In this document: positions 49,347 to 63,160 of the stretch, in pieces
Numbering within the stretch: position 1 is the first letter of the stretch
Layout of the letters: each line of letters opens with the position of its first letter
Source of the DNA: Felis catus
Lineage: Eukaryota
Assembly: GCF_018350175.1 (NCBI RefSeq)
Contig: NC_058369.1
Coordinates: forward strand, 25,794,001-25,858,000
Length of the DNA: 64,000 nucleotides
Reading direction: 5' to 3'
The notes under the pieces: model-generated
What the model was told of the DNA's origin: nothing
Database searches by the model: none
The model's input: the letters and a program-made list of their open reading frames with translations, nothing else
Position numbers and translations under genes: made by a program

Positions 49347-49722
49347 TGTATCAGTTAGTTTATACTAGTTATATTGTGGTAATGAACAACCCAAGACCTC
49401 ACTTGATTTAGTTTTTGCTCATGTTACATGTTTAAGTAGGTGGCTGCTCCATCCACAGTTGTTCTCCTTTCTGGAATTCAGGCCAGAGGAGCAGCTCCTG
49501 TCTGGGACATGTTCTGGTGGTAGAGGGACAAGAGTTGTGCATAGCCATGGAGTTACAGTGAATGCTTCTGCTCAGAAATGGCACATGTCACTTCTATTCA
49601 CATTTTATTGCCCAAAGCAATGCACATGGCCAAGTGTGATGAAGTTGAGCAGGAAATGTAATTTAATGTTCATAGAGGAAGAAGCAGTGGAATAATTGAA
49701 CACAGTCATATGTTTTACTACA
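49347..49722. mobile_element. Old MaLR LTR (MLT1J/K-like)
   Basis: TG...CA ends and 'gcttctgctcagaaatggcacatgtcacttctattcacattttattgcccaaagcaa'. Confidence 0.6.
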
Positions 49723-50571
49723 TTCTGCTTACTTCCCAACTCAAAGTGAAAATTATCTACCTGTGGGAATTATCAAACAAGAATGTATTTTAACAAAAAT
49801 AAAGTTGTTTTTCATTCCCTTTTGAGTGTTGTAATATTCATAAGGTAAATGGTTTGTATTTCTCAGATGAGAAAAGTAAGACATAAAGAAATTATAATTT
49901 GAAGTAGTGTTCTTTTAAGCAGATAGAAGACTGTATCATTGATATACTACTTACTGTCTTTTGTGAATAATTCTGACATTTGACATTGAATTATGGGATT
50001 TATTCATAAATGTTTTTTTCCAAACATCTCTTTGGTCTACTTTATCTTGCTGATTCATCTGCTTTGTCATGGACTGAATCTACATTAATCATATTTTCAG
50101 ATAAAACTCTGGGATATATGATTTCATGGGGTCAAATATTAGAGTAGGTAGAGAGTGACATAAATTACATAGCATTTGCTTATTGAGCATCTCTTTATTA
50201 AGCATTTACTGTATGGCATATTTGCAAGTTGACAGGGATACAGGGGTGACAAGAGGTGATCCCTGCTTTTAGTGATTCTACATAAACGGACATGTATACA
50301 GATAATTACAACAGTACAATGAAATAATTGCTAAGAGAGGTGCTATTTAAATGAACTGCAGTAGAAATGTTGAGGCTAGGATGACCGATTAATAAGGCAA
50401 TGAAGGAGGGAACAGAATGTCACCAGAAGTGACATCTAAAACAAGTCCTAAAAGAAGAACAAGATTTTAGCATGCACATGAGGGGGAAGTACACTTTAGG
50501 CAATATCAATAAATAGCATGAGTTAATAGCATGAAGGAAAAAAAAAAAGGTAGCTTGTTTGAGAAACTTTG

Positions 50572-51010
50572 TTTTTTAAAAGTAATCTCTACACCCAACA
50601 TGGGGCTTGAATTCACCACCCTGAGATCAAGAGTCTCATGCTATACCAACTGAACCAGCCAGATGCCCCTTGTTTGAGAAACTTTTAGTGATTTTGTATA
50701 ACATAATATGGGGGAAGGAAGAGAAGATGAGGCAGACAAAGTAGTTTAGGATCAAATCATGAAGGATTTTAATTTTTTTTTTAGTGTTTTTATTTTTGAG
50801 AGAGAGGGAGAGAGAGAGAGAGAGAGAGCGCTAGCGAGCGAGCATGAGCATGGGAGGGGCAGAGTGAGAGGGAGACCCAGAATCTGAAGCAGGCTCCAGG
50901 CTCTGAACTGTCAGCACAGAGCCTGATGCAGGCCTTGAACCCCCCAGACTGTGAGATCATGACCTGAGCTGAAGTTAGTCACTCAACCAACTGAGCCACC
51001 CAGACGCCCC
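50572..51010 (-). mobile_element. Short SINE (50572-50670) and CanSINE (50773-51010)
   Basis: TSDs ttgtttgagaaacttt and tcaaatcatgaaggattttaat (22 bp). Confidence 0.92.
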
Positions 51011-51644
51011 TCAAATCATGAAGGATTTTAATGTTATGCTATTTTTTTTCCTTTAGGACTGGTGGTGAGGAGTTCGAAAAAATTTCAAAAGAATCACATG
51101 GTTAGATCTTTGTTTTTAGAGGAGCAGTCTTGGTGATAATGTGGAAGATATTGCCTAGAGGCAAGGAGACCTGGTAGAGTGATATAGTAGAAAGGACAGT
51201 TAGAAACAAACGGGAGTGCAACAAAATCATCTGTATGGAGGGAGACAGATTTGGGAGTCATCAACCAAAGTAGTGAAGTAGGAAATATACTCCCAGGGAA
51301 GTTTGTACATCTCTAGAAAAGTAGAGACTAGAGAACCCTGGGGATGATCAGCATTGAAATAGCTGGCAGGGAAAAAGAAAACAGTTGGGAGAACAGCCAG
51401 AGAAAGAGGATCAGGAAAGATTGGGTTTGTGAGATACAAGGCAAGGGAGAGTTTTTGAGAAGACAATTATTAACAGCACTAAAATATCACTTTATAGGGA
51501 GTATAAGTATTAAAAGCTGGGCTATTAGTGGAGTAGTAGGTATGGAAGCTCACTGGCAATGGGTAAAAGGCTATAAATAGTGAGTGTTACAGCTCTGACA
51601 GTGCTTGAATAAGTGGACGCAGAGATTACCTATATTACCATGTA

Positions 51645-51866
51645 GGGGCACCTGGGTGCCTTAGTTGGTTGAGCGTCCGACTTGGGCTCAGGTCATGATC
51701 TCACAGCTCGTGAGTTTGAGCCCTGCATCGGGCTCTGTGCTGACAGCTCAGAGCCTGGAGCGTGCTTCAGATTCTGGGTCTCCCTTTCTCTCTGTCTCTA
51801 ACCCACTCACATTCCGTCTCTGTCTCTCTCAAAAATAAATAAACATTAAAAAAAATTAAAAAAAAA
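51645..51866 (+). mobile_element. CanSINE
   Basis: Full body with TSD attaccatgta. Confidence 0.93.
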
Positions 51867-52214
51867 GATTACCATGTAAAAGATATGTGTATGTACATTT
51901 CCATGATGGTAATTTTTTTTCTCCAGTTTTAGTTGTTGGTAATTCTGGGGAGACTTTGGTGGGTGGTGCGATGTGGAGAAAAGTCTTCTAGGTTAGGCAT
52001 TCCTTATCCACATTAATTTTTCAGTAGACTTAAATGTATGTTGGTATCGTATTGCATTAAATACAATTTGTGCAAATGGGACGTGAATCCCAGATGTCAA
52101 AAATGTATGGGAATGTTAAAATTTTGTAATTCCACACATTAGAAATTCAGTAGCATAGATGATATTCTCTGGTACTTTTATATGTATAATATATATAAAA
52201 TGTAATATGTATAT

Positions 52215-53727
52215 ATTAATTTACATTCAAATTAGCACATAGTACAGTAATGATTTCATGAGTAGAATCCAGTGATTCATCCCCTGCATATAACACCCAG
52301 TGCTCGTCCCAAGTGTCCTCCTTAATGCCCCTTGCCCATTTAGCCCATTTCCCCCACCTAAAACCTCTCCAGCAATTCTCAGTTCTCTGTATTTAAGAGT
52401 CTCTTATGTTTTGCCCCCCTCCCTGTTTTTATATTATTTTTGCTTCCCTTCCCTTATGTTCATCTGTTTTGTATCTTAAATTCCACATATGAATGAAGTC
52501 ATATGACATTTGTCTTTCTCTGACTAATTTTGCTTAGCATAATACACTCTAGTTCCACGCTGTTGCAAATAGCAAGATTTCATTCTTTTTGATTGCTGAG
52601 TAATATTCTATTGTGTGTGTGTGTGTGTGTGTGTATGTACACCACATCTTCTTTATTCATTCATCAGTCAGTGGACATTTGGGCCCTTTCCGTACTTTGG
52701 CTATTATCGATATAAACTATATAAACTGCTATAAACATTGGGGTGCATGTGCCCCTTTGAAACAGCACACCTGTATCCTTTGGATGAATACCTAGTAGAG
52801 CAATTGCTGGGTCATAGGGAGTTCTATTTTTAATTTTTTGAGGAGCCTCCATACTGTTTTCCAGAGTGGCTGTACCAGTTTGCATTCCCATCAGCAGTGC
52901 AAAAAGGTTCCTCTTTCTCCACATCCTCACCAGCATCTGTTGCTGCCTGAGTTGTTAATTTTAGCCATTCTGATAGGTGTGAGGTGGTCTCTCATTGTGA
53001 TTTTGATTTGTATTTCCCTTATGATGAATGATGTTGAGCATTTTTTCAAGTGTCTGTTAGCCATCTGGATGTCTTCTTTGGGAAAGTGTCTATTCATGTC
53101 TTTTGCCCATTTCTTCACTGGATTATTTGTTTTTTGGGTGTTGAGTTTGATAAGCTCTTTATAGATTTTGGATACTAACCCTTTATCTGATATGTCATTT
53201 GCAAATGTCTTCTCCCATTCTGTCAGTTGCCTTTTAGTTTTGCTGATTGTTTTCCTTCACTGTGCAGAAGCTTTTTATCTTGATAAGGCCCCAGTAGTTC
53301 ATTTTTGCTTTTGTTTCCCTTGCATCCGGAGACATGTTGAGTGAGAAGTTGCTGCAGCCAAGGTCAAAGAGGTTGTTGCCTGCTTTCTCCTCTAGGATTT
53401 TGATGGGTTCCTGTCTTACGGTTAGGTCTTTCATCCATTTTGAGCTTATTTTTGTGTATGGTGTTAGAAAGTGGTCCAGGTCCATTCTTTTGCATGTCGC
53501 TGTCCAGTTTTCCCAACACCATTTGCTGAAGAGACTGTCTTTATTCCATTGGATATTCTTTCCTGCTTTGTCCAAGATTAGTTGGCCATATGTTTGTGGG
53601 TCTATTTTTGGGTTCTCTATTCTTTTCCATTGATCTATGTGTCTGTTTTTGTGCCAGTACCATACTATCTTGATCATTACAGCTTTGTAATACATCTTAA
53701 AGTCTGGAATTTTGATGCCTCCAGCCC
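52215..53727 (-). mobile_element. 5'-truncated felid L1 (~1.5 kb, ORF2 3' part and 3'UTR)
   Basis: Minus-strand ORF 53234-53695 '[42 protein letters not shown]...' is L1 ORF2, and it is frameshifted. Confidence 0.95.
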
Positions 53728-53810
53728 TCTAGAACTCTTTGATATTCTGAGGTTTTACAGCTAGGAATTTATCTTTGCATTTCTCTTGGTACAAAAAAAT
53801 TACATCTGCA

Positions 53811-53812
<2 letters not shown>

Positions 53813-53846
<34 letters not shown>
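53813..53846. repeat. (TG)n microsatellite
   Basis: Read directly from the sequence. Confidence 0.95.
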
Positions 53847-53848
<2 letters not shown>

Positions 53849-54379
53849 CTGACAGCTGGATATATATCCAGCTCTTGCTATGTCCAAAGTGTATGAATGA
53901 GAGACACTCTAAGGACTGGTTAATCTGTGAATGATTGATAGTTATTTTATATTTGGACAAAATTAAATTTTTAGCACATATCCTATAGTATTCAACGAAA
54001 GGGTTAAATGTCTTTGTATCTATCCTGATGAACACTTAACTATTAAAGAATGGTTATAGGAACTTATAAACCAAGATTTAAAAAAAAATGGAAACACTGA
54101 TCAAATTTAAATATTTTTGCAGTGAGAGATACATTTTGCGAATTATCAAATTCTATTTTATGTTAGTTTGGTCACTTATTTTCATTTCATGTAATTTTAC
54201 AATAGTTTTTCAGTTTTACATTCTTGTTTTTGTGGTAAGTGCTGAATATGTAATGATTAAAATGTAGTTTCAACATAAAGTAAAAATGAAGATAGCAAGA
54301 AATTATTAATTAAATATTTAAGACTAATAATTCCTCTGAATTTATACCATGTAAAATGAGGTCATGTATGTGGAACTGG

Positions 54380-57000
54380 TTTTTTTTTTTTTTTTAATGT
54401 TTATTTTTGAGAGAGAGAGAAAGAGTGTGAATGGGGGAGGGCCACAGAGAGAGGGAGACACAGAATCTGAAGCAGTCTCCAGACTCTGAGGTGTCAGCAC
54501 AGAGTCCAACGTGGGGCTCAAACCCACATACCGTTAGATCATGACCTGAGCCGAAGTCGGATGCTTAACCAACTGAGCCACCCAGGCAGCCTTGGAACTG
54601 TTTTTATGAAGTATGTAGTTAGAAATTAAGTATCTGATTTTAAGTATAGAAGAAATATTCAAAATTCACTCTAAATTTAATAGAAAAACATAATTAAGTT
54701 ATTCTGGAGCAAAGGGATCAAATAAAATATTTTCAGTTTCACAGAGTTTTATTCATAAATGAAAGATAATAAAGATGTACTGAAATGTATTTTAAAAATA
54801 CATTTTATATGGGTTCTAGGATGGAAAAATTTATTTTGAGTGGGATGGGGGGGCAGGGAAAGAAGACTTTGGAGGAATGGCTTTTTGTGAGTTTTGGCTC
54901 AGTGTAAGTATATAGCAGCAGTCTTACTTAAAAAAAAAAAGTACCATTTTATTTAGCATGTGTTGCAGTTCTAAACCTTAGTAGTCTTTAACTTGCACAA
55001 TGTTTTCTCTTGTAAAGCATGTATGTCAAAACCCAGAATCTGCACTGTCACTTCCTTGTTGTAAATCTAGCTCTCCTTCTAAGATAACATGCCTGAAACT
55101 GAGTGTAAATTTCTCAGGGTCTTGAAAAACAGTTTGAGAACAAAATAAAAGTTAAGGTATGATTAATTTCCTATGTTATGACTATTTACAAGTTCATTTC
55201 AATATTTTCAATATGATTTTCAAAAATTATCAAATGAACTCTATCAATGGAAAACTCAAAAAATACCTTAAGTTTTATGGCATAGCATCTAAATTTGCTT
55301 ACATTAAGTACTCACAAATTGTTAATTTCAGTTAATAAAAGAGATCTCTCATACTTGAACCAGTTTACATTCTTTACTAAACTTTAGAGTTGAAACTCTA
55401 TAAAGGCATTTCATCTTAAATTTTGCTTGATATTTTAGATTTTATTTTATTATTATTTTATTATTTCTTTTTTAAAGTATTTAGAGAGAGAGAAGGAGAG
55501 AATAAGCAGGGGAAGGGCAGAGAGAGAGGGAGAGAGAGAATCCCAAGCAGGCTCCACACTGTCAGCGCAGAGGCGGATATGGGGCTTGAACCCATGAAAT
55601 GTGAGATCATGACCCGAGCCAAAACCAAAAATGGGGCGTTCAACCGACTGAGCCACCCAGGCATCCCGACATTTTAATATTTAAATGTTTATTTTTAGTT
55701 TATTTTGAGAGAGAGAAAGAGTGAGAGAGAACATACACATGAATAGGGGAGGGGCAGAGAGGCAGAACCCCAAGCGGGCTCCATGTTGTCAGTGCAGAGC
55801 CCAATGAGGGGCTCCATCTCATGAAGCATGAGATCATGACCTGAGCCTAAATCAAGAGTTGGACACTTAACCGACTGAGCCGCCTAGGTGCCCCAGATAT
55901 GTTAGATTTTAAATAAAGTCCTTAACTGAGGTGAATCTAAAATCGTATTCAAATGTGAGAAGTATGACAGGATATTTTAGTGGGATATCTTTTTGGTATG
56001 TTCAAAGTGAATTGTTTGAATTTGAACTACAGCTTTAATTGCATGTCTGTTGCCTGCACGTATCTTGTTTAAAAAGAAAAGTGAAATAACTGAATAGTGC
56101 CATTTGTCATTCTAACAATAGAGTACTTTGATTTAAGAAACAAAATTTTGCCATAATTATGTTAATTAAATGTTTAAATGCAAACTTGTTAGTGATATTT
56201 TTATGTAAATACCTTTTGTTGGTATTGATTTTAGTATTTATGTGACAGGCATAGAAACTTTTTATGAAAAACTAATGCTTTACAGTAGGATGTCTTTAGC
56301 CAAATTGGTCATTGTTAGAAATTGTTCTCATCTCTGTTATGGGATTGTCATTATAGTTTTTTTCTTTTCTGTTATCTTGAATTCTTTCAAGGTGGGGAAC
56401 TTTGTCTTCTGTGCTCATTGTTCTAGAGTTAGTACTGTCTAGGTTTTAACATGGTTTTATGTTTTCTTCTTAGATCTTGTAGATACTGATTTTGTCTATT
56501 ATATTTTACTTAAATTTTATCTTTGTCTTTAGATTTTATTTTCTATATTATGTATTCCTTTTATTTGTCTATGATGAATTCTATGTATATATAATTATTT
56601 TTACCATTAAATAGTTAATTTTTTAGAAGTTTATGGAGCCATTATATTTTCTGTTATACTGACAATGTAAAAAATAGAGATTTATGAATATGTTTAAGTA
56701 TTTAACGACACAAGCAAGTTATATAGACTTATCTACCTCTAGTCAGTGTGGTATTTATTTATTTATTTATTTATTTAAAAAAAATTTTTTTTAACATTTT
56801 ATTTTATTTTTTTTGAGACAGAGAGAGACAGAGCATGAACGGGGGAAGGGCAGAGAGAGAGGGAGACACAGAATCTGAAACAGGCTCCAGGCTCTGAGCT
56901 GTCAACACAGAGCCCGATGCGGGGCTCAAACTCATGGACTGCGAGATCATGACCTGAGCCGAGGTCGGCCGCTTAACCAACTGAGCCACCTAGGCGCCCC
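54380..57000 (-). mobile_element. Four minus-strand CanSINEs within this span: 54380-54591, 55445-55667, 55685-55894, 56757-57000
   Basis: Reverse-complement bodies. The last has perfect TSD ctagtcagtgtggtattta. Confidence 0.9.
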
Positions 57001-57939
57001 TAGTCAGTGTGGTATTTAAAGAGAAATTCTTTTCATGCTCTGAAACTCTAGTCCTATATCTCTGGCTTTTCATACATTACAATTCCGTTTCTAGATGTGT
57101 AGAATTCCTTAATCTACATGTGAATTCCCAAAACATAAACATAGTATTCTACAGATTTCAAAATCCTGTTGATTGATTTAGCCATCACTGAGCACTTCCT
57201 ATGTGCCCCACACTGTTCTAACCAAAACAAAGTCCCTGACTCTACGAAGCTAACATTCTAGCCCTCATGTACCATCATCCATCTTTCATTATTACCTCAG
57301 CCTATTTAGGACAAATTGGAATGTTTCTGATTTGTTGACAGGTAATCCAACATAATTCAGTTCCTCTTGTCCTGTAAGTTTGCTGTGTAAAAGCAAATGC
57401 TATCATATGGCCCCAAAGTATTCTGGTTAAATTTGAGTTTTGTTCTGAATTACTAATGCTCTACATTTGGTGAAATTTGTACATATCTCCTTTAATTTTA
57501 TAAATTTAGATCATATATGTATCTTGGCCTCTTCTTTACTAACAGGTAAACTTAAAAAGTATTTTTCAAGATCATCAAGGAACTACTTAGACAGTTATTT
57601 AATGTCTAATGTTATATTAGACATTGAATGATTTTGTTTTGGTGGTTATTTCTTTTGTTTCTTCTCTATTCTGAAACTCACTTTTCTGTCTTCCTCAATG
57701 TGACTTTTAATAGAACTTTTAAAACTTTTGTTTGCCTGACATTGTAGTTTTCTAGTTCTTAACTTTTCGACAGTTTTGACATTTCTATCTTTATTTCCAT
57801 TGTCTGTGCAGACTTTATCCTGTCGAGTTTCCTCCCTAATTCTCTCAAAATTCACATATTTACAGTCTTAAATTACTACTTCTAAGAGCTTTATTCCAAA
57901 ATTTATGTACTTATCATGAATTTCTTAAATGTATTTTTA

Positions 57940-59335
57940 GTTTATTTTTTAACTTTTTAAAGTTTACACTTTAGTGGTTTTCAGTATACTCACAAAATTT
58001 ACAACTATTACCACTATTTATTTCCAGAACATTTTTATTGCTCCCCAAAGAAACTGTACCCATTTAGCAATCACTCTTCATTTCCTCCTCTTCAAGCCTC
58101 TGGCAACCATTAATCTACTTTCTGCCTCTATACATTTGCCTATCCAGGAGTTACTTCATATAAATGGAATCATATAACATGTGGAGTTTTGTGTCTGGCT
58201 TCTTTCATTCACTCTGGTGTTTTCAAGGTTCATCCATGTTGTAGCATGTATCTGTACTTTATACCTTTTATTGCCAAATAATATTCCATTGTAGGCATAT
58301 ACCATATTTCATTTATCACTTTTACTACATACTCAGTTGATGGATGTTTGGGTTGTTTCTACTTTTTGGCTATTATGAGTAATACTGCTGTGAACATACA
58401 TGTACAAGTTTTTTTGTGGACATTGTTTTCAGCTCTCTTGGTTATATACCTAGGAATAGAATTGCTGGGTCATATCATAACTCCATATTTAATGTCTAAA
58501 GAAACCGCCAAACTGTTTTCCAAAGTGGCTATACTATTTAACATTTCTACCAGCAGTGTATGAAGATTCGATTTCTCTACTTCCTGGTCAACACTTGTTA
58601 TTGTCTTTTTTATTGTAGCCAGCTAGTATGAAGTGATACCTCACTTTGATTTTTGTTTTGCATTTCCCTAATTAATAATGTTGTGAGCATCTTTTCATGT
58701 ACTTACTGGCTATTTGTATGTTTGTTTGTTTTTTCTGGAGAAATGTTCATGTCCTTTTCCCACTTAAAAATTATGTTATTTATCTTTTTATTGTTGAGTT
58801 GTGTATTCTGGATATAATTCCCTTATCAGCTGAGTGATTTCAAAAATTTTTTTCCATTCTATAGATTGTTTTGATGGTGCCTTTTTTGTTATTACAGTAA
58901 AACATACATAACATAAAATTTACTATTTTTTAGTATTTTAAGGGTACAATTCACTGGTATTAAATACATTCACAGTGCTGTGGAACTATCACCTTTATTC
59001 ATTTTCAGAACTTTTCCATCACCCCAGACAGAAACTCTGTACTCATTAAACAATAACTCTCCGTCTTCTTCTACCCCAGTCCCTGATAACTCCTCTATTT
59101 TTACTGTGTGGCTCTATGAATTTCCCTATTCTAAGTGCCTCATGTAAGTGGAATAACATAGTATTTGTCCTCATGGTGTCTTTTATAGCAGAGAAGTTTT
59201 TAATTTTGATGAAGTTCAGCTTACCTTTTATTTTTCAAGTAATTTTTAGTGATCTTAAAATTCTTCATTTATATGCTTTTTATGTCATATCTCAGATGCT
59301 ATTGCCTAATCCAAGGTCATAAAGATTTATTTTAA
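57940..59335 (-). mobile_element. Old L1MB-like fragments (nested)
   Basis: 'ttccagaacatttttattgctccccaaagaaactgtacccatt', with a second 3' end starting near 58885. Confidence 0.8.
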
Positions 59336-59444
59336 TCATTTTTGAGTACTCTCTTACTTGGTTCTTTCATCCAACATCAATGTTTGTTTCATCAAACATC
59401 AATGTAACTATCAGAGGTTTTGTGAGAAGGCTTTGTTAAATGTT

Positions 59445-59497
59445 CTTATTTATTTATTTATTTATTTATTTAATGTTTATTTTGAGAGAGAGAGAGA

Positions 59498-59549
<52 letters not shown>

Positions 59550-59694
59550 CAACATTCAGGGGAGGGGCAGAGAGAGAGGATCCCAAACACTGATAGTGCA
59601 GATCCCAGTGCAGGCTTGATCTCACAGCCATGACATCATGACATGAGCTGAAATCAAGCGTTGAAAGCTCAACTGACTGAGCCACCCAGGTGCC
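59445..59694 (-). mobile_element. CanSINE
   Basis: Reverse-complement body with TSD gttaaatgttct. Confidence 0.9.
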
Positions 59695-59864
59695 GTTAAA
59701 TGTTCTCTTTTAAAATTTTTAGATCAGGATAGTGGCTTTCAAATTTTAGAATCTCCTGGGATGCTTACTAAAACTACAGGTTCCTGAGAGGATATTTGTA
59801 CATTCGTAGAAAACTTCTAGGAGACTTCACATCACATTGAAAAAGTGTGTAAGTAAAATAGGCC

Positions 59865-60095
59865 AGCATAGTGATTAAGAGCATGGATCCTGGAGCCTCA
59901 CTACCTGGGTGTGAGGTAGACAATCCTGGTTGTCACTTTTTAGCTGTATGATCTTGGGCAAGTCACTTATTCTCTAGGCATTCATTCCCTCTCTTATGGG
60001 GTCCCTTGCTCTCTCTGTTGCAAGGATTAAACAAGCAAATATCTGTGAAGTGCTTAGAGTAATTTGGCAATAGTGTTAACCCCATAATTGTTAGA
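59865..60095 (+). mobile_element. MIR
   Basis: 'agcatagtgattaagagcatggatcctggagc...tagctgtatgatcttgggcaagtcactt'. Confidence 0.75.
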
Positions 60096-60537
60096 TATTG
60101 TCATACCCTTTAATTTTAGTAATGTCATTTCTAGGGACCTAATCTAGAACATTATCAGCGATGTTGCAAAAAGATGTAGGTATAACAGTTTCATCACAGA
60201 GTAATTGCAAGAATTTACCATATATAGTCTAAATTAATGAAATTTATGAAATGTCATTTGCTAGTCATATTTTCAAAAATATTTAATACCATGAAAAATA
60301 ATGACGTAAATGAAAAAGTCAAGTAAATATACAACTATATATAAATTATGTCTCTAAACTTCTTTGAAAATATGGGGTAGGGAAGCAGAGTGTTGGTCTT
60401 ACATTGCATATAAAGAAGTATGTTAAAATGTTGACATGGGTTATTCTTGGAAGCCGGGAGGAATGATTTTAATTTTCTTCTGTACTTTATTGTACTCTCC
60501 TGACTTCAACAGTAAGTATACACAGAAAAACAAATCA

Positions 60538-61000
60538 TTTTATTTATTTGTTTATTTTTATTATTTTAGAGAGAGAGAGAGCACACAAGCAGGGGGGAGG
60601 GACAGGCAGAAAGAGAAAGAGAATCCCAGGCAGGCCCTACACTGAGCGCAGAGCCCAACATGGAGCTTGGTCCTACAACCCTGGGATCATGACCTGAGCC
60701 AAAATCAAGAATCAGACGCTCAACTGACTGGGCCACCCAGGTGCCCCCAAATTATTTTTTTTTAAAGACAAAATATGGGGAAAGCTCACTGTAAAATAGG
60801 AAAAATGACAGGAAAATAGGAAAAGCCCAATGTGAAATAGGAAAGCAGAATGTAAATAGGAAACCTGAGTCCTAGTACTAGTATTGTTATTAAATAGTCT
60901 CAAGCCTCGGGATGCCTGGCTAGCTCAGTAGAGCATGCAACTCTTGATCTTGGGGTCGTGAGTTCAGGCCCCACTTTGGGCTGGCAGATTACTTAAAAAA
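60538..61000. mobile_element. CanSINE - (60538-60748) and short SINE + (60909-61000)
   Basis: SINE bodies. Confidence 0.87.
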
Positions 61001-61144
61001 ATAGTTTTCAGCCTTGAATGAATTTTCTGTCTACCTTGAGGGACAGAGTTTCCTCATCTGTGAAATGGGAAATTGAACTAAAATTAAAAAGACAGTGTGT
61101 AGACTGGTTAAGAGTTGGGAGGTTAGAGGGGGGAGTTAGGGACT

Positions 61145-61372
61145 GCAGTTTAAGAGATCACTGTGTGGGTTCATGCCCTGGTTCTTCTTCCTATTCACTT
61201 GGTGACTTCTGGCAAGTAATTTAACCTCTCTGTGCCTCAGATTTCTTGTTTATAATGTGGGGATAGTAATAATACCTCATAGGAGGGGTGTGAGAATCAA
61301 ATGAGTTAATAATACATGTAAAGGACTTTATATAGAATCTGGCACATAGGAAGGATTCAATCAATGTTACCT
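61145..61372 (+). mobile_element. MIR
   Basis: 'ggcaagtaatttaacctctctgtgcctcagatttcttgtttataatgtggggatagtaataatacctcatagg'. Confidence 0.8.
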
Positions 61373-63160
61373 ATTTTTCCTGGTATATAAGATTCTTTCT
61401 AATGCAGTCATTTATTTCCAATAATATTGTTAGTCAAGTGAGCAATTCTTAAATTTGTCATTTGAAATTTAGCTCATTTTTTATTTAGGTATTTTGAAGT
61501 CCCCGTTTCCCTCCCCCAGCTTTACTATTATGTCTTATGTTTAGTATAGGCAGCTTCTTTGGGGTCTAAATTATCTTATTGTTGAGGGTATTTTGTAGAC
61601 TTTTTCAGTAAAAATCTCATTTGATTTTATAGAGTTTTTTTTTTTCCAATTCTTTTTGTTCTGAAACTAATGCATGTAACTTAATATATTTGTAGTTAAA
61701 TTACATAGGCTGTTAGGTTGTACCTAGTTTTCTTCAACTGATGTTTCAATTTTAAATTTAGGAACCAGCATAAAGCCCAAGAGAATGTTACAGCTCAATT
61801 AGTCCATTCTAGTGAAAGCTAACTTTGTAAGGTAAACAACTGAACTGTTCCTAGAGCATGACCTACAGTAATGATTCAGTTGGTGCATAGATGTTACTTA
61901 ACTTAATCCCAGAAAAAGAATGTATCCAAATGCTTTAAGAGAGAAATCTGAGTATGTGAAAATCACTTTCCGAGTCAGCAACCATGTTAATTCATTTTGG
62001 AACTCCTAACAGACTACAGAAATAGATGACTTTCATAATATTATATCATTTTCTTTCACTGACTATATATGACATACTTAATTAAAGTGACTCAGCTATT
62101 CCATCCCTTTGGAAATTTTCATCTGTAAGCAAGTCACTGTAGGGTACCTCAGTTTATGGTGGCAGTCATAATGAAGATGATTATTTATTTTTTTCCCTGC
62201 GAGGGATAAGAATGAAAGTTGTATTTCAATACATTTATTCTTAGATCTTTAGAAGCTCTCCCCTTCTCTGCAGGGTTATAGCTGCAGTAGATAGCCCACT
62301 ATAGGGGTCATTATTTCTGTGTTGGAGAACAAATTAGTTGAGTAACATTGTCAGGAAGCAAAAGGCAGGAGTTTGACTCCACAGTTATGGAATATAGTTT
62401 GTTACTTAAAAACATATTAGAGGATTCCTCTTATTATAATAACTTTTGTTTATAAAACATATTTATGTAATTGCCATGACAGGAGAAAAGTGCTGTGTCT
62501 TCTGATTTGATAGACAAAATCAGCTCAAGACAGCTTTGTGACTCACTGACAGAAGAGGGAAGAATTCTTCTTGCCTTAAGGATTGGATTTTATTTTAGGA
62601 TGAGTTATTTGTCTAAGTACAGATATGAGAGAGTTCCTACCCTACATGTCAAGTCTCCTGTTCTATCTTCCCAGAAATTTGACGCAATGCCTCCTAACTC
62701 CCAAATGTATACCTTTGTATCATCTGCTACTTGGGTCATGTTAATTACATAGTGTTTATATTTCTTCCTCTATGTTTTTCTGAATGTAAGAATTTGTGAG
62801 TTTTTCCTTTAAACATTTTGAGCTAGAGTTTTAAACATTCGTTGGTTTGTTTCAGTTAAAAAAAAATCATTTCTTAATATAGAAGAGACTGGTAACATGT
62901 CTGCTTCTGTGGAGGGAAATTAGGAAACTGTGGGATGTAGGGAAGACATTGTGCTTTCCACTGCATCACTCAACCTTTGGAACCCATTACATTTTTTTCC
63001 CCAAAATTTTAAACCTAATTTTATAGCATAGCATAAACACATTCACAAAGCTTTGTTTGTTTTATGGGTTTTAGCCCTTTTAAAGTTGAGACCACAAAAT
63101 CTCTTAAAGTTGACTATGAATGTTTCATTGAAGACATAATGATGAATTTACAGTCTTCCT

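Noticed and set aside
2063..56989. Recurrent 'MAQSVKRPTSAQVMIS...' peptide family
   Set aside because: These are translations of CanSINE bodies from GTG codons, not a gene family.
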